DNA of 64,000 nucleotides from Blasia pusilla (lineage: Eukaryota), in NCBI GenBank assembly GCA_050084515.1, contig CM114271.1, forward strand, positions 14,260,001-14,324,000, in the 5' to 3' direction. How positions within the stretch are numbered: the first letter of the stretch is position 1; each line of letters starts with the position of its first letter. This document shows, one piece after another, positions 26,959 through 39,694 of this stretch. The position numbers and the translations under genes were made by a program. Below the pieces are notes generated by a model. That model was not told the origin of the DNA. It did not search any database and was given only the letters and a program-made list of their open reading frames with translations.

Positions 26959-27969
26959 TGTCGCGACCCTCATGACCAAACGAGTGCCAAAGCGGAACAT
27001 CGGAACATTAGCGGGCTCACGCTAAGATGGTTTGCGTGTTGGAGTGGTCTCGAAGAAGAGACAAGAGACGAGACGCAAGCGAGGCTTCGCGTTTCAGATG
27101 TTGTGGTCGCGACCGAGAAACCTGGACCAAACGCGGAATGAGACTTGAAAGGAGTCGAGTCTAGAAAATGGGTGGCCAAAGGAAGGAATCCGGATTTGGA
27201 ACGCCACTAGCGTTTGACAGTTTCCGACTGTATTTATAACCATAACTTTTAGCGCCAAGATGCGTTTGGATTGAACAAGGATGAGTTGGAAGGATTATGG
27301 AAAGCCGGTTCAAACGCACTAAAGATCTCTGCAAACGCATAAGCAAAAACTGAGAAACAACCCAGAAACGAGTGTAAGTAGAGTCGGGTTGAGGGCCACA
27401 ATGAAGGGCTCGACCCTCCTTTTCCAAAGTGGAGGGGGGGGTGTTATTGGAGAACCCCAGAAGTACTAGTAAGGGGGAAGGTCTCCAAGAGTGCTTGGAA
27501 CTCGAACCCCACTTTGGGCGCCACAGGGCGGCTCAAGCGAATGGAACGGAACGCAAGTTTGGGGGTTGGGTTGGAAAACCTGCACCAAGTCTATTGAGGC
27601 GATTTTAGACATCCCTCTTGGATTTCACCCCGCGACTCAATTACTTGGGTCTTGGTTTGGAACTCACACGAGGTCTGTTGAACAGTTGGGATAGCTAGGC
27701 GCGTAAGTGCCTTTTCAGATTCCTAGACTAATCAGGAAGTCTGTTCCAAGTCTTGAAGGACTTGTCATGTTTTGGAAACTAGAAAGTAAGGAAGGTTGAG
27801 CTTGATGAGACGCCAAGTTGAGAATTCGGTGGGTTGGAACGCTGGTTGGCCCATATCTGACTAACGAGAGTGCGTGTTTGGGTGCAGATCGGCGATGAGA
27901 TCGTGTCCTACTGAACGTACGCTTCTGCAACACTAAAGAATGACGTTCAAGGAAAGTAGGGGCGCGACA
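26959..27969. mobile_element. Probable solo LTR (~1011 bp)
   Basis: GC- and CpG-richer block in AT-rich DNA bounded by the 7-bp inverted termini TGTCGCG...CGCGACA; flanks tggt/gggt (imperfect duplication); no coding homology seen. Confidence 0.65.
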
Positions 27970-28960
27970 GGGTGGTTAGCATATTCAAATCAAGGCCTTA
28001 GACAAGTGATATACACAAACTCAAGAAAATTGAGCATGTTGCATTTTTTAGCAAGATTTTCTAGCATCCGAACACAACACAAGCATTTTTAAAGATGAAC
28101 TTCAATATTTTAGAGTAGTAGAGAAGGTATTAGAGTTGGAATTTTGCACCTTTCAAGTCATTGCCTTGAAGTACGTGCTAATGGTATAAGATACATCTTA
28201 GAATTTGACGCCCATTTCCTTCCATCATCACAGATGATTGTGGATTTTTTGAGAGGGACATGCCATTCCACCAATGGGATGATAGAGAGAGCAATGAACC
28301 CTTTGTCTTTCCCTTAGTGTTTCTACATTGATCACCATTCCCTCCACAAGTGGAAGTATATTGTGACACATATCTTGAGAAATAGACTGACTTTCCAATA
28401 TTATGCATCGTAATGAAGAGTGGTAGATATAACATATTATATAAATATTACAATTTTTTATCATAATCCATCGATAATTCATATCTATAATTGACTAAGT
28501 TCCTAACTTACCACAAATTCATACAACGCTTATTCTTTTAGTCATTTGCGAGTTTACATGATTGCCTCAATTGGTATGCTTCCTTGAAGTCTAAGTTCAT
28601 ATTCAACTCTTTTGGGTGCATTTCGCGTACATTGCTCCATACAATACTCTCCAAAGGTTTGAGGCTCTTTAGTATCAAACATATACTCCCTCCTTTTCAA
28701 CTTTTTTTACGAGCTCTTGGGTTTGGAGTCCTCTTACAATATGCTTGCTATCAAGCATAACCTAGATTTTGTAGCTTGAGGATCCTTCAATATTTTAGGA
28801 CAAACTATAATTGACATTTAAAAATTTTTTTCTCAACGTACTAGCAAGTATAGGCTTCTTGCCAAAGGAACAAAAAAAAATTAGAACTTGTTAAACCATT
28901 TTGTCCCCAACCACCCACGTTCCTGCTCTTAACTCTTCGAGGTACTTCCCATCCTTCTTG

Positions 28961-29273
28961 TGTAGAAAACTGTTAAAGAAGCATAACTGGTGGAAAATGA
29001 CTTTCACACTCACACACCACCATGGAGAACAAAAATTTGCAACGAGAGAATGAGTGGAGACCGGTCCCCTTCTCAATTATATAGGGTATGTACTGACAAC
29101 CCTAACCCTAATCTTAACCATAGTCTTGAGTTGGACTAACTATGATTAACTAACCATAGTTAATATAATCGTGCTTAATTGACTAACCAAGATTAAGCTT
29201 CCCTACTTCGTATGAGTACCAAATATAGCAGTTTAAGTGTCTCATGAGTTTAACTGTAACTCAATCTTCAATA
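28961..29273 (-). repeat. Copia 3' LTR, with adjacent polypurine tract (GAGGGGGAG on - strand, 29274-29282)
   Basis: Direct repeat of 33488-33798, 60550-60861 and 62822-63150. Confidence 0.95.
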
Positions 29274-30800
29274 CTCCCCCTCAAGTTCATATATATCTCT
29301 AACGCCTAAATCAATTCTAAACATCTCAAACTTATCTCGAGACAATGCCTTTATAAAGATGACAGTAATTTGCTGATCTGTACCCATATACACAAGATCA
29401 ATTTCTCCTGCAAGCACTTTCTCTCTGATAAAATGATAGTGCACCTCAACATGCTCTATATAAGTATGAAACACAAGGATATTAGCAATTTTGATGCTAC
29501 TAATATTGTCTGCATATATTACACTAGGTTTTAAGTTACTAATATCAATCTCAACAAGTAATTGATGAAGCCACATCGCCTCACATGCTACATTTGTTGC
29601 TCCTCTATATTCAACCTCTGTTGAAGATAAAACAACTGTAGGTTGCTTCTTCAAAGCCCAACTTATACCCGCGCTTCCCAAAATAAATGAATAACCAGAT
29701 ATGGAGTGTCAATCAAACACGCTTCTTGCCCAATTAACATTTGTGAATACCTGTAATTGTAAACTCGGAGAAGGTTCATATGATGTAATCTCCACTTCTT
29801 ACTTACTAAACAGAGAATTTCACATACCACATAATCCTCCTCACAACATCAAGGTGAGGTTTTCGAGGTGCTTGCACAAATTGACTCACTAGGCCAACTA
29901 CATAGCTCAAATATGGTTTGGTTATACTTACACAGATCAAAATTCCAACCATGGGCCAATACCTATTAGAATCTGCAAGCAACTCTCCTTCATCCACTTT
30001 TATCTTTACATTCTGGTCTAACGGTGTAGAGATTGGCTTACAAGCCGTCATACCATATTTTGAAAGCATTTGAAGAGCATATTGTCGTTGTAGTAACCAC
30101 ATGCTCTCTCCAACCTTGATAAACTTAACATCAAAGTAGTACTTGAGTTCTCCAAAGTCCTTCATATCAAATTTTGTCTGTAATTTTAGCTTGACTTGTT
30201 GTACCATATTCTTAGTACTCCCAATAATCAAGAGGTTGTCAATATAGAACACAATGATAACCGTATGATCTTGTCCTCTCAAGACACATAACGAGGAGTT
30301 AGAATCACATACCCTAAAATCTAACTCTTGGAGGATATATGTAATCTTGCCATACCAACCTCTAGGAGCTTGTTTGAGCCCGTATAGAGCTTTCTTCGAC
30401 ATGCATACCCTAAATGAAAACTCGGGATGCTTATATCCATGTGTTTGAGTCATAAATACCTCCTCATATAGATCTCCATTTAAGAAGGCATTCTTAACGT
30501 GCATGTGATGTAATCTCCACTTCTTACTTACTGTAACTACAACCAGTGTTCTTATAGTCGCCATCTTTGCAATAGGACTAAATATTTCCTCATAATCAAT
30601 ACCATATTGTTGTGCATAGCCCTTAGCCACCAATCTCGCTTTGTATCTCTTAATTGTACCATCTTGATTACGCTTGACTTTGTAAATTCATTTACAACCA
30701 ATAGCTTCCTTATCGGAAGGTATATCAACGAGCTCCCAAGTCTGTTGATGTCTTAATGGTGCAAGCTCTTCTTCCATAGCTTCAATCCATTCGACTTTAC
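29268..30800 (-). pseudogene. Copia reverse transcriptase and RNase H remnant
   Basis: VAKGYAQQYGIDYEEIFSP, VKNAFLNG, KKALYGLKQAPRGWY, FYIDNLLI (degenerate YVDD), LSSTEVEY, IYADNISSI, HVEVHYHFIRE. Confidence 0.95.
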
Positions 30801-31085
30801 TTACAACTTCTTTAAAACAACTTGGCTCGTGTTCTTGAAGAATAGTCATCATATATGCATGATGTGTCGCAAGAAATTTATGAATCTATGAAGAGGATTT
30901 ATGACTCTATTTGATCTATCAAGTTGTTGTTAAGAGGTAGATTCCTCTAACACTTGACTCGAGCTCTCACTAGTGTCAAGAAACTGAATACGTACTCTTT
31001 CCTTCCATGGACTCATAGATTTAACTGACAAATCTAGGACCTCTCATAATCTTGCTGTAGTATTTGGGAAATTTGAAGACAATGT

Positions 31086-31900
31086 CTATTGGTTTACAGT
31101 CATATTCTCCCCCTTAACAAACGAGTTTAGAGGTGGAATTTGCTCAGATGGAACATACCATAACTTTAGCTCATCAAAGACAACATCGCAACTAATAATA
31201 AGTTGCATAGAGGATGGAATGTAGCACTTATACCCCTTAATTCCATCAATGTAGCCAATTAATATACATCTTCCAGATTTGGGATCTAATTTCTGACGTC
31301 TTTTAGAAGGAACATCAACATAACAAATACAACCAAATACTTTTATGAAGGAAAAATCAAGTTTATTTCCTGTCAAGATTTCAAATGGAGTATTCTCATG
31401 AACTCATGATGTTGGAGTTCGGTTGATTAGGAAGATTGCACACACTACATCCTCTGCCCAGTACACCTTAGGCATGTTCTTCTCATTCAACATAGCTCGT
31501 GCTGCCTCAGTAATATGTCGATTCTTCCTCTGAACCACTCCATTTTGCTATGGGATGTAATGACAAGTCACTTGACGTTGGATGTCATTTTGACGTAAGT
31601 AGTGATCAAACTCTATTGAAAGATATTCTCCTTCTCCATCACAACGCAATTTCAGAGTGTGTTCTCCAATCTGCTTCTCTAGTAGCACTCTGAATGTTTG
31701 GAATATTGAGAATACCTTTGATTTGGCTTTCAGAAAGTATACCCATATACATCTAGAGAAATCATCAATAAATGAAATAAAATACTCGCAACCACTACGA
31801 TTATGTTGTGATGTTGTCCACACATCATTGTGAATCAACTCCAATATATTGGATGCTCTTCTACCTTGCTTTGGAAAAGAAAATCTAGCTTGTTTTCCAA
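31086..31900 (-). pseudogene. Copia integrase remnant
   Basis: ELIHNDVW, YFISFIDDFSR, LRCDGEGEY, KVFGCICYV, KLDPKSGRCILIGY. Confidence 0.93.
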
Positions 31901-32479
31901 ATTGGCAAGTAAGACATATCTCTAACGTAAAAGGACTCGCTAATTTAAGAAGTCCTATTACTATATTAGATGATGAAGACTCTGTAATCTTTGAAGATTC
32001 ATGTGTCTAATTCTCTTATGCCACACTTTTAGATCTATGACTTATTGGCTAGTTTGACCATACATCCTTGTTTGAATCTGTAGTATAGAAACCTCTAATT
32101 TGAACATTCTGCAAGATCTAGTTCTATTGGCTATCATACTCTGATCATCTATTGTTTCAATGAAACAACCATTTCTGTTAATTTTCACTTGATAATCCTC
32201 TTCTACTATCTGTCATACAGAGATCAAGTTTCTTGCAATGGTAGAAATACAGAGAACATTTCCAAGAGCACAAAGACCATTTGATGCTATTGGAACTTTA
32301 CGAGTATTGTGATATGATGTTGAGTGTCATCTCTTATGAGCAGAATTGCTAGTAGGTAGCAATTCCATCTTATCTAGGATGCATTGGAATCGCTACCTAC
32401 TAGACGCATCTCTTCACTGATTAATATTGGGACTAACTCTTGAAAGGTTAGATACTTCTCTTTCACAGAGATAGATAAA

Positions 32480-32990
32480 GGTCTCAAAGGACTTGTAATC
32501 CTTTGGAAGGCCTTGAAGAGTAAACAAAATCAGATCATCATCTTCTACTGTCACTCCAATGCTATTCAATTGATCAACAATATATCTTACACTTAAAATA
32601 TAATCATTAATGTTCTACGATCCTTTCCACACTTTGTTCAATTTTTGTTTCAATTGAAGCTTTCTGGCCTTTGTAGATGTCAAGAACAACTTTTCCAATG
32701 CATCCTAGATACTCCTTTGAAGTATCAACATCTTGAATGTGACCTATCATCGGCGAACTGATAGCTATTGAAATGTAATGGATTACCTGCCTTGCGCGTT
32801 TGTTCGAAGGATGAACATTCAAGTCTGTTGAGTCACCTTCTGGCTTGGCCTCTTCACCTGTGACAAGCTCGCATAATTCTTGATCCATGAGAAATTTTTT
32901 CATGTGAAACTTCCAAATTGTGTAATTCTGCTTGTCTAGCTTCTCGCCTGTGATTGTTGTTGAGGAATACTCCATGATGAACGATTTCAC
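32480..32990 (-). pseudogene. Copia gag remnant
   Basis: EKLDKQNYTIWKFHMKKFLMDQELCELVTG, a typical Copia gag N-terminus just downstream of the PBS and leader. Confidence 0.85.
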
Positions 32991-33475
32991 TCACAAAAAC
33001 GTAATTTCAGGCTGTTCATTGCTCCAATTGAAGCAAAGACCACTCCTAAAAATAAATCGACCTGAGATTTGCCAAAATTGATCAATGGTGTGAAAGAACT
33101 AGTCGAAATTGGCTTGTAGAGAGCGAATTGCACAACTTTTCTTCACTAATTGCACTTTCCTATATTGAAATTGCTATTGCAGGAGCTCAGAATGTCATAA
33201 TCGAGCAATTTGGGATACGTTGGAAAGCTCCCGATGAGCTCTACAAGTTAGAATAAGCCTTTGGCATCATTCTAACTAATGCGGACCCAAATGACTAATT
33301 CGATCGAGAAAGCCCTAAAAAAGGCCTCTAAAGTTTTATCAACGTCAAAGCTCCACCTGAAATCTGCACCCACTAAGCTTTGAATAAAATTTCCTTCTCC
33401 CAAACTAGAATTGTGCCTTCTCTTGCCTCTCTTCTCTCCTCAAATATCAAGAACTTCAAGTGATGTTCTCCTATC

Positions 33476-33487
33476 GCTCTAATACCA
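33476..33487 (-). promoter_or_regulatory. Primer-binding site (tRNA-iMet type)
   Basis: TGGTATTAGAGC on the - strand directly after the 5' LTR; one mismatch to the plant consensus TGGTATCAGAGC. Confidence 0.85.
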
Positions 33488-33798
33488 TGTAGAAAAATGC
33501 TAAAGAAGCATAATTGGTGGAAGACAGCCCACACTCACACACCACCATGGAGAACAAAATTTTGCAATGAAAGAATGAGTGGAGGCTGGTCCCCTTCTCA
33601 ATTGTATAGGGTATGTACAAGTAATCCTCACCTTAATCTTAATCATAGTCTCGAGTTAGACTAATTATGATTAACTAATCATAGTCAAGATAATCACGCT
33701 TAATTGACTTACCAAGATTAAGCTTCCCTACTTCGTGTGAGAACCAAATGTAGCAGTTTAGGTGTCTTATGAGCTTGAATGTAACTCAATTTTCAATA
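33488..33798 (-). repeat. Copia 5' LTR
   Basis: Direct repeat of 28961-29273, roughly 40 mostly transition differences by eye. Confidence 0.95.
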
Positions 33799-36032
33799 CC
33801 TTGTTCCCAAACGGAATCACAAACACGAAATGAGGATCCCATCCATCTCGGAGGGCTTTTGTATAAGAAGTAGAAGATAAATTCCTATTTGCAACATTTT
33901 CCACTCCAAGCATGCCCATTATGAGTCTTTTATAACTCATAGGTGAACTTCCGTAGTTACAAAGTGTGAATCCCAGAAGTTGCTATTTATGATCAGATTG
34001 CAATTTTGACACACAATCATTTTTTTGATTGCATTGCAAGCTTACTGCATGTCCTTATAGTCGTAATGGTAGAACATCTATTCAAACTCATGTACCAAGA
34101 GCGACTCGAAAAGCTAGGGGAAGTCGCATTAAGTGGACTTGCAAATTATAGATGTAATGGACTCGCAAAGTAGCAACTCTTGGAAATAGACTCGCAATGG
34201 AGCGGTATCACATGGATTTGTAATCACCTCTTTACTCTCCTTAGATCTTTGAATGGTAGGATCCTACAAGTGTTTGGAGATCTTTTAGACCCCAACTCCT
34301 AGCTTTGAGTGCTTAATAGGTGCACTAGTTCACCAAATGTCATCTTGGCTAATCGTCTTTAGCGATATGGGTCCTTTCTCAACAAAGTTAGTAGCTCCTA
34401 AATTCTTTTAGTGAGTTGGGTTGCAAGAGCACCCCTTTTTTTGCTCTAGATTCTTTCTTAGAGATAAATCTTCTTGATACATTATGTGTCTTAAGAGATG
34501 AGGGTTCTTTTTCGATTACAATCTTCTTTTCGAGCATGTAGGAATTCCCTTCTAAATGAGGCTACGATTGTTGTGTTGAATTCCCCCCTAGTTATTTTTG
34601 GTAAGTTTGGGCTCCAATTAATGGTCTTTGATGCATGCCCACTTCATGTTTTTAGAGACCTATGTTTGATGAGGGTATTCCATGCAGTTTTGGGTACGGA
34701 TTTGCTTTTGCTATGAGAAGTCGATTGGCTCATGGATGGATGCTTGCCCCTTGATTTTGGACCATTTACCTTTACTAAAACAATAAAGTTTCCTTTGGGC
34801 CTCTCATGACCATTTGTGGTTGGTTTAACACACTATGAGTGTCATCGATGACTAGATTCCCTTGGTGTGTATTTGACACACTATCTAGTTGGGGTTGAGA
34901 GGATAACCACTCACTAGGTTAAGTGGGATATCATGTTGTGTATTCCTAACGAGAGTGGCTTCGATGTGTAGAGAAAGCAATACTAATCCATATGGGATAT
35001 TGTTATTTGTGCAAACCAAGCTATAGATGATGTGGGAGGTTATTGTGATGGTGGCTTGTGACATAGTTATAGATCTTACATGAGAGTCACTTTGGGCATA
35101 TGTGTTTACCGAAAGGAGATTGCTACAAGGAGTAGCAATGGCGACAACAATAAGAAAGAAGACGTAGATTTAAAGAGATCTTCACGAAGGACCTCACTTT
35201 GTCCAATTACCTGATGAGATGTTTGGAATTATGGGACAAAGGTTTAATGCATTTGTAACTGAGTGCCCTAATCTTCTCCACTCAAGATACGATTTGTCGT
35301 AAGCTATTGCATTCTTATATTGTAGAAAGTAGGTCTCCATGAGTACATAGCATGCCCAATCCAAGAGTGTTTGACCATGGGTTCATAAGTTGGAGACATC
35401 ATTGCTAGAGGTCCTCTTTAATTGTCACTAATATTACATATGCATTGGAGAAGTTTGATTTAAGGGATTTCTTGGTCCTGCTACTCCCAATTCTTTTGAA
35501 TTCCCACATACTCCTCTCATTATATTTTTATTAGATAGTCAATTTGATTTTCGAACACCTCTCCTGTTAACATCTAGTCCTCTCAACCAATAAGAGTACT
35601 CGATTTCTAAATTGATCAGATCGTTCAAAGTTGATTTGAGATATCAAATAAAATTTTTGGATGTCAGTTAAGTTAGCACTCACTTTGGTTAATCTATATT
35701 ATTAAGAGAGGATGGGGTTAGAGAAACCCTCCTCCCATGTTGGACACTTGTCCTTTCAAACCTCTGTTGTTGATGTTGACCCACATGTCAAATCTCAAGA
35801 GTAGTTAAACCAAGAGGACCAAAGCTTAAGGGATGAAAAAAAAATAAATTTCCCCCTTCACCCCTCCGTAGCACATGGGCATCATACTAGTTTAAGTCAC
35901 TTAAGGTTGGTCTCCACCGCACCAAGGAGTTTTTGGTTTTCGCTGAATTCTTAAGCTGGTTCATGAAAAAGGTCATTCCATCATCATGTCTAAAGAAGAT
36001 GTGACTCGCAATAGGGATTGGTTTGCGCAGTA

Positions 36033-36253
36033 GAGAGTTTTGAAAAGATGCAAGTGAAAGTTAAATTTGCATCCATGAATTGCTTTAACCAGCTCATCCA
36101 GTTTGTGAGAGTTTTGAAAAGATGCAAGTAAAAGTTAAATTTGCATCCATGAGTTGCTTTAACCAGCTCATCCAGTTTGTGAGAGTTTTGGAAAGATGCA
36201 AGTGAAAGTTAAATTTGCGTCCATGAAGTGCTTTAACCAGCTCATCCAGTTTG
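36033..36253. repeat. Tandem repeat, 3 x 74 bp
   Basis: Unit gagagttttgaaaagatgcaagtgaaagttaaatttgc...cagctcatccagtttg starts at 36033, 36107 and 36181. Confidence 0.95.
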
Positions 36254-38034
36254 GGAGGTTGCGACCTTCGCGTTCGCGACTCTTTGAGTCCCCTCTTTTT
36301 AAAAAAATATTCCAGATGAATTTCCCATCACCCTTTTTTCTCCAGTACTCTTTTCTTTCCAGAGGCTTGAAACCCCTCACTTGGATCGTGCATCCTTCGA
36401 ATGTAAGCGCTGTGTACCATTCCGAGCACTCCGCAGTACCAACAGAAATGTAAGGCCCAATCATGTTCGCCAAGCTTTATGCTTGTAGCTGCTGCAGCTG
36501 CTGCTGGTGGGGGTGAATCCCGATTCACCGGTTTCGTGATGGAATCCATACATTCGTCCACCTTTGATGGGGGACAGTGCAAGCTTTCATTGCCTTTGAT
36601 GTGAGTTGCAGATCTCGTCTCGAAATCAGTGATCTAGAGATGGCAGGCACCCGGCAGCATGTACCCACTGCGTAAATACTTTCAGATGAGGAGTCGGGAG
36701 CTGTGTGGGTGACCGGTTTACCAAATTTCAGAGGTCCGCGTTTCAGTAGCTCGAGTCGGTGGGCAGATAGATAGTCAAGCGATGATTTGCGTTGAAGTCC
36801 GTCCACGCACTTCAACAAATCTGAACAGGAATGGTCTGAAAGCGCGAAGGGACCTCGCCAGTCACAACGCTGTAGTGATGTACATGATTCAATCAAGCGT
36901 GTCTAAGGAGGAATCTTGTTCTTCTCAGCCGTGTGTGAATGTAATAAAGGCTCAATCACTCTGCATAGTCTATCTCTGACGGGCATAAACTGCGAAACAG
37001 CACTGCATGCAATGGTTGCTGTGAGGCATTCACCAACAGTAACACTGCTCGACGAGACCTAAACAGAAGTCCAATTGCCCATAGCTGGAATCACGTACGA
37101 TCCTGAAAAATTTGGAAAATAGGAGAATGGATTGTCTGGAGCGGTCAGTGAGAGCAGTTCCAGATTGGGTGTGCAGAATGTTCCGTTCAATCGCAACCGA
37201 AGCATAGGTTACAGACAAAGCTCCTGACTCGAGCTGTCCATCAGGCGCTGCTGGAATAGGCAGACACGTTCTCACCGATCGATTCCACCATGTTCTCTTT
37301 GCCTTCAACTGGAGAAAGCCATATCTACAAACAGAAGACTCTGGAGACAGCCATACGATAGACAAGGATATCACGAGGATTCGAAGAAGAAAATGCCGCG
37401 TGTTCCAGAATTTCTGAAAGAAATTATCATTCCACGATACACTCCCAAGAAACCACGTCTTAGCAACACTTTACTGTAGACGTGAGATTATCCTCTCGTC
37501 AGAAATCAATGAAAATCTACAGGACAATGGTGTCATTCTATACCGAATCTGGCAGGCAGAGATTCCTTGACTCAATTATCGTGGGCACTCAGTGAGAGCA
37601 ATTCAAGAGTCAATACTCCAAGTGACACAGTGTGGATTCTGGATAGTGCACGACAAGCGCATAGAGCAGAAACTCTACTTAAAGAGTCCAGCGTTTGACC
37701 TGTCGAAGAAGACAAGGCCACTCGTTTGCCCCTGGGGCCCAATCTTAATTCAGTTCTCCATACCTTTGGGTGATCGACTTCCTCCGCATTCAACTAGTTC
37801 GCTTCACTCAGCTGAAGAATTAGTGTGCAGAGGGTCCCAATCTCGAGCGAAATCCCAAAACTAGGAACCGCGGAATCTCCCTCGAAAATTCTTCTTTTTG
37901 GTGTTGGGCTGGTGATGGAAGCCCCCTAGACCAGTTCTACCTCTTCAGTGGCTTCTACTGAAGCTCCTACCTGCTATTCTCACAACTGAAGGAGACACTT
38001 AAAAACGGAGTATAGAACACATTTCACCTTCAAG

Positions 38035-39694
38035 TCAGGGCTCTCGATTCAAAACAGGGCCCCAACCATCCAAAGGCCAGATCTGTGCCAAGCAGAACAA
38101 AGCAGAAACTAGATGAGCTTGAGTTTGTAAGAATCTGACACTGAGAAGCGTGATGATGATTTGAGCTCAGTCATCACTTGATCTACTGGCTTCCTATGGT
38201 AACTTCTAGTATACAAAAGGACTTGGAGCTTGTGTCATGGAGCAGGGCTAATCTCCAGGACGAAGAGTAGGCTCCAAGTTCAGCGTGAAAGCAACCGTTT
38301 ATAGTGTTTGTGGACATACCCGGTAGCAAACTTTGCCTTGAATTAGCGCGAATGGTACGGGTCCATAATGCCTTGAATCTGTGGAGTTGTAAACATTGTC
38401 GCCTTGCAACCAAACATGGCCCTTCGGTACCTGCCAGGATATCGATCACTCCGAAAGACCACGATGAGCACCATATATCAAACCCTTGCCTTGTCCCTTT
38501 CAGAGGAGACGTCGCAATCTCGTAAGCTGGATGTACCCACCCAAGTATGTATTTCTTATCATATGGCATGGAATCATTCATTACCGACTTGGGTGTCTTC
38601 CCCCGCTATGCAATATTCATCATACAACACTCTTTTAGCTTAGCCATTTCTTTTATTGTAGTCCTCTACTTAGTCGGTGTATTCGGTCTAACGTCTCCAC
38701 CCTCACCTCACTATAATTGACTCAAGACTGGCTCAGGTCACAATCTGTGTGATCCATTGTTTTCTTGCGCTCCAAATGCAGCCCCGTGACCACATAAATC
38801 ACAGTGTTCTTAAGTGACATGATTACAATATGGCGATCTCCTATCACATCCGATTACTCTGTACGGGCTAAATCTTCCTGCTGTTTTCTGACATGCAGTG
38901 ATACCATTTCTGACTGAATTTGGGTATTACTTGTGTGTATGGACAGTTTGGTCGCGTAGGAGGGTGACCCTACTGTTTCTCGTTGATGTGATATCAGCTT
39001 TCTGTAACTTGGTTGAGTTGAACTGGGGCAACTGTTATACGTCAGCAACAGCATCTACTGGTGCAGAAGTTTCAAATAGAGAAAGTCATGATGAGAGAAA
39101 CTGTTATTACCATGACATGGCGGATCTGCCCCCTGCTTGTTGTTGGAAGGACAGTCACGCGATCTCCTTCAAGGCCCAAAACGCGCTTGCAAACCATCAC
39201 ACGGGGATTTACTGGTGATCTCGCCATCACAACATCACCTGACCTGATTTTCTCAAACTTGACTGATAAATGCTCTAGAAGAAGGATGTCTCCTGCCATA
39301 TTGAATGTTGGCAGCATGCTCGGCCCCAAACACTGTACATTTCATGGAAAAGTAGAGATTAGTTCCATCGAGAATTTCTCTCAAAGGACCCTTCATGTTG
39401 TCAGCCATATGGATGCAAAAGGGCTTCACATTGAACAGGCAACTAACATAGTCAGACTTTCTCAAAAAAGTTCCACCTCCTGAAAGCAGAAACAAGAAAG
39501 ATTGAGTTTCATATCACAGAATGATCATCAGAAGGAGTGGAACTAAAAAGAAAGAAAGAGACACTATTAAAAGACCAACTTACCTGATGAACTTGGCAGA
39601 CATGATTGGAGAAGACATGAAGAAAGCACAGGAATTGTGTGAACACCACAGACCGCTCCCATGCCTCTTGCACAAGTGCCCTCCATGCAGCCAT
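38035..39694 (-). CDS. IMP1: Mitochondrial inner membrane protease subunit 1 (peptidase S26), 4 exons, 163 aa
   Basis: Phase-0 GT-AG exons 39694-39584, 39332-39111, 38430-38320, 38082-38035. Motifs GPSMLPT (catalytic Ser), [11 protein letters not shown] (catalytic Lys), [27 protein letters not shown]. Confidence 0.93.

Larger units (their letters stand above)
28961..33798 (-). mobile_element. Full-length decayed Ty1/Copia LTR retrotransposon (~4.84 kb)
   Basis: Two ~312-bp LTRs (28961-29273, 33488-33798), near-perfect 5-bp target duplication tcttg/ccttg, PBS and PPT present, domain order gag-INT-RT-RH on the - strand. Confidence 0.96.

Noticed and set aside
36033-36253. Possible CRISPR-like array
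   Set aside because: Units are contiguous with no unique spacers, there are no cas genes, and the context is eukaryotic.
36300-37900. Unrecognised gene (ORFs of 84-123 aa)
   Set aside because: No motifs and no consistent exon chain; may be 3' UTR or non-coding transcript.
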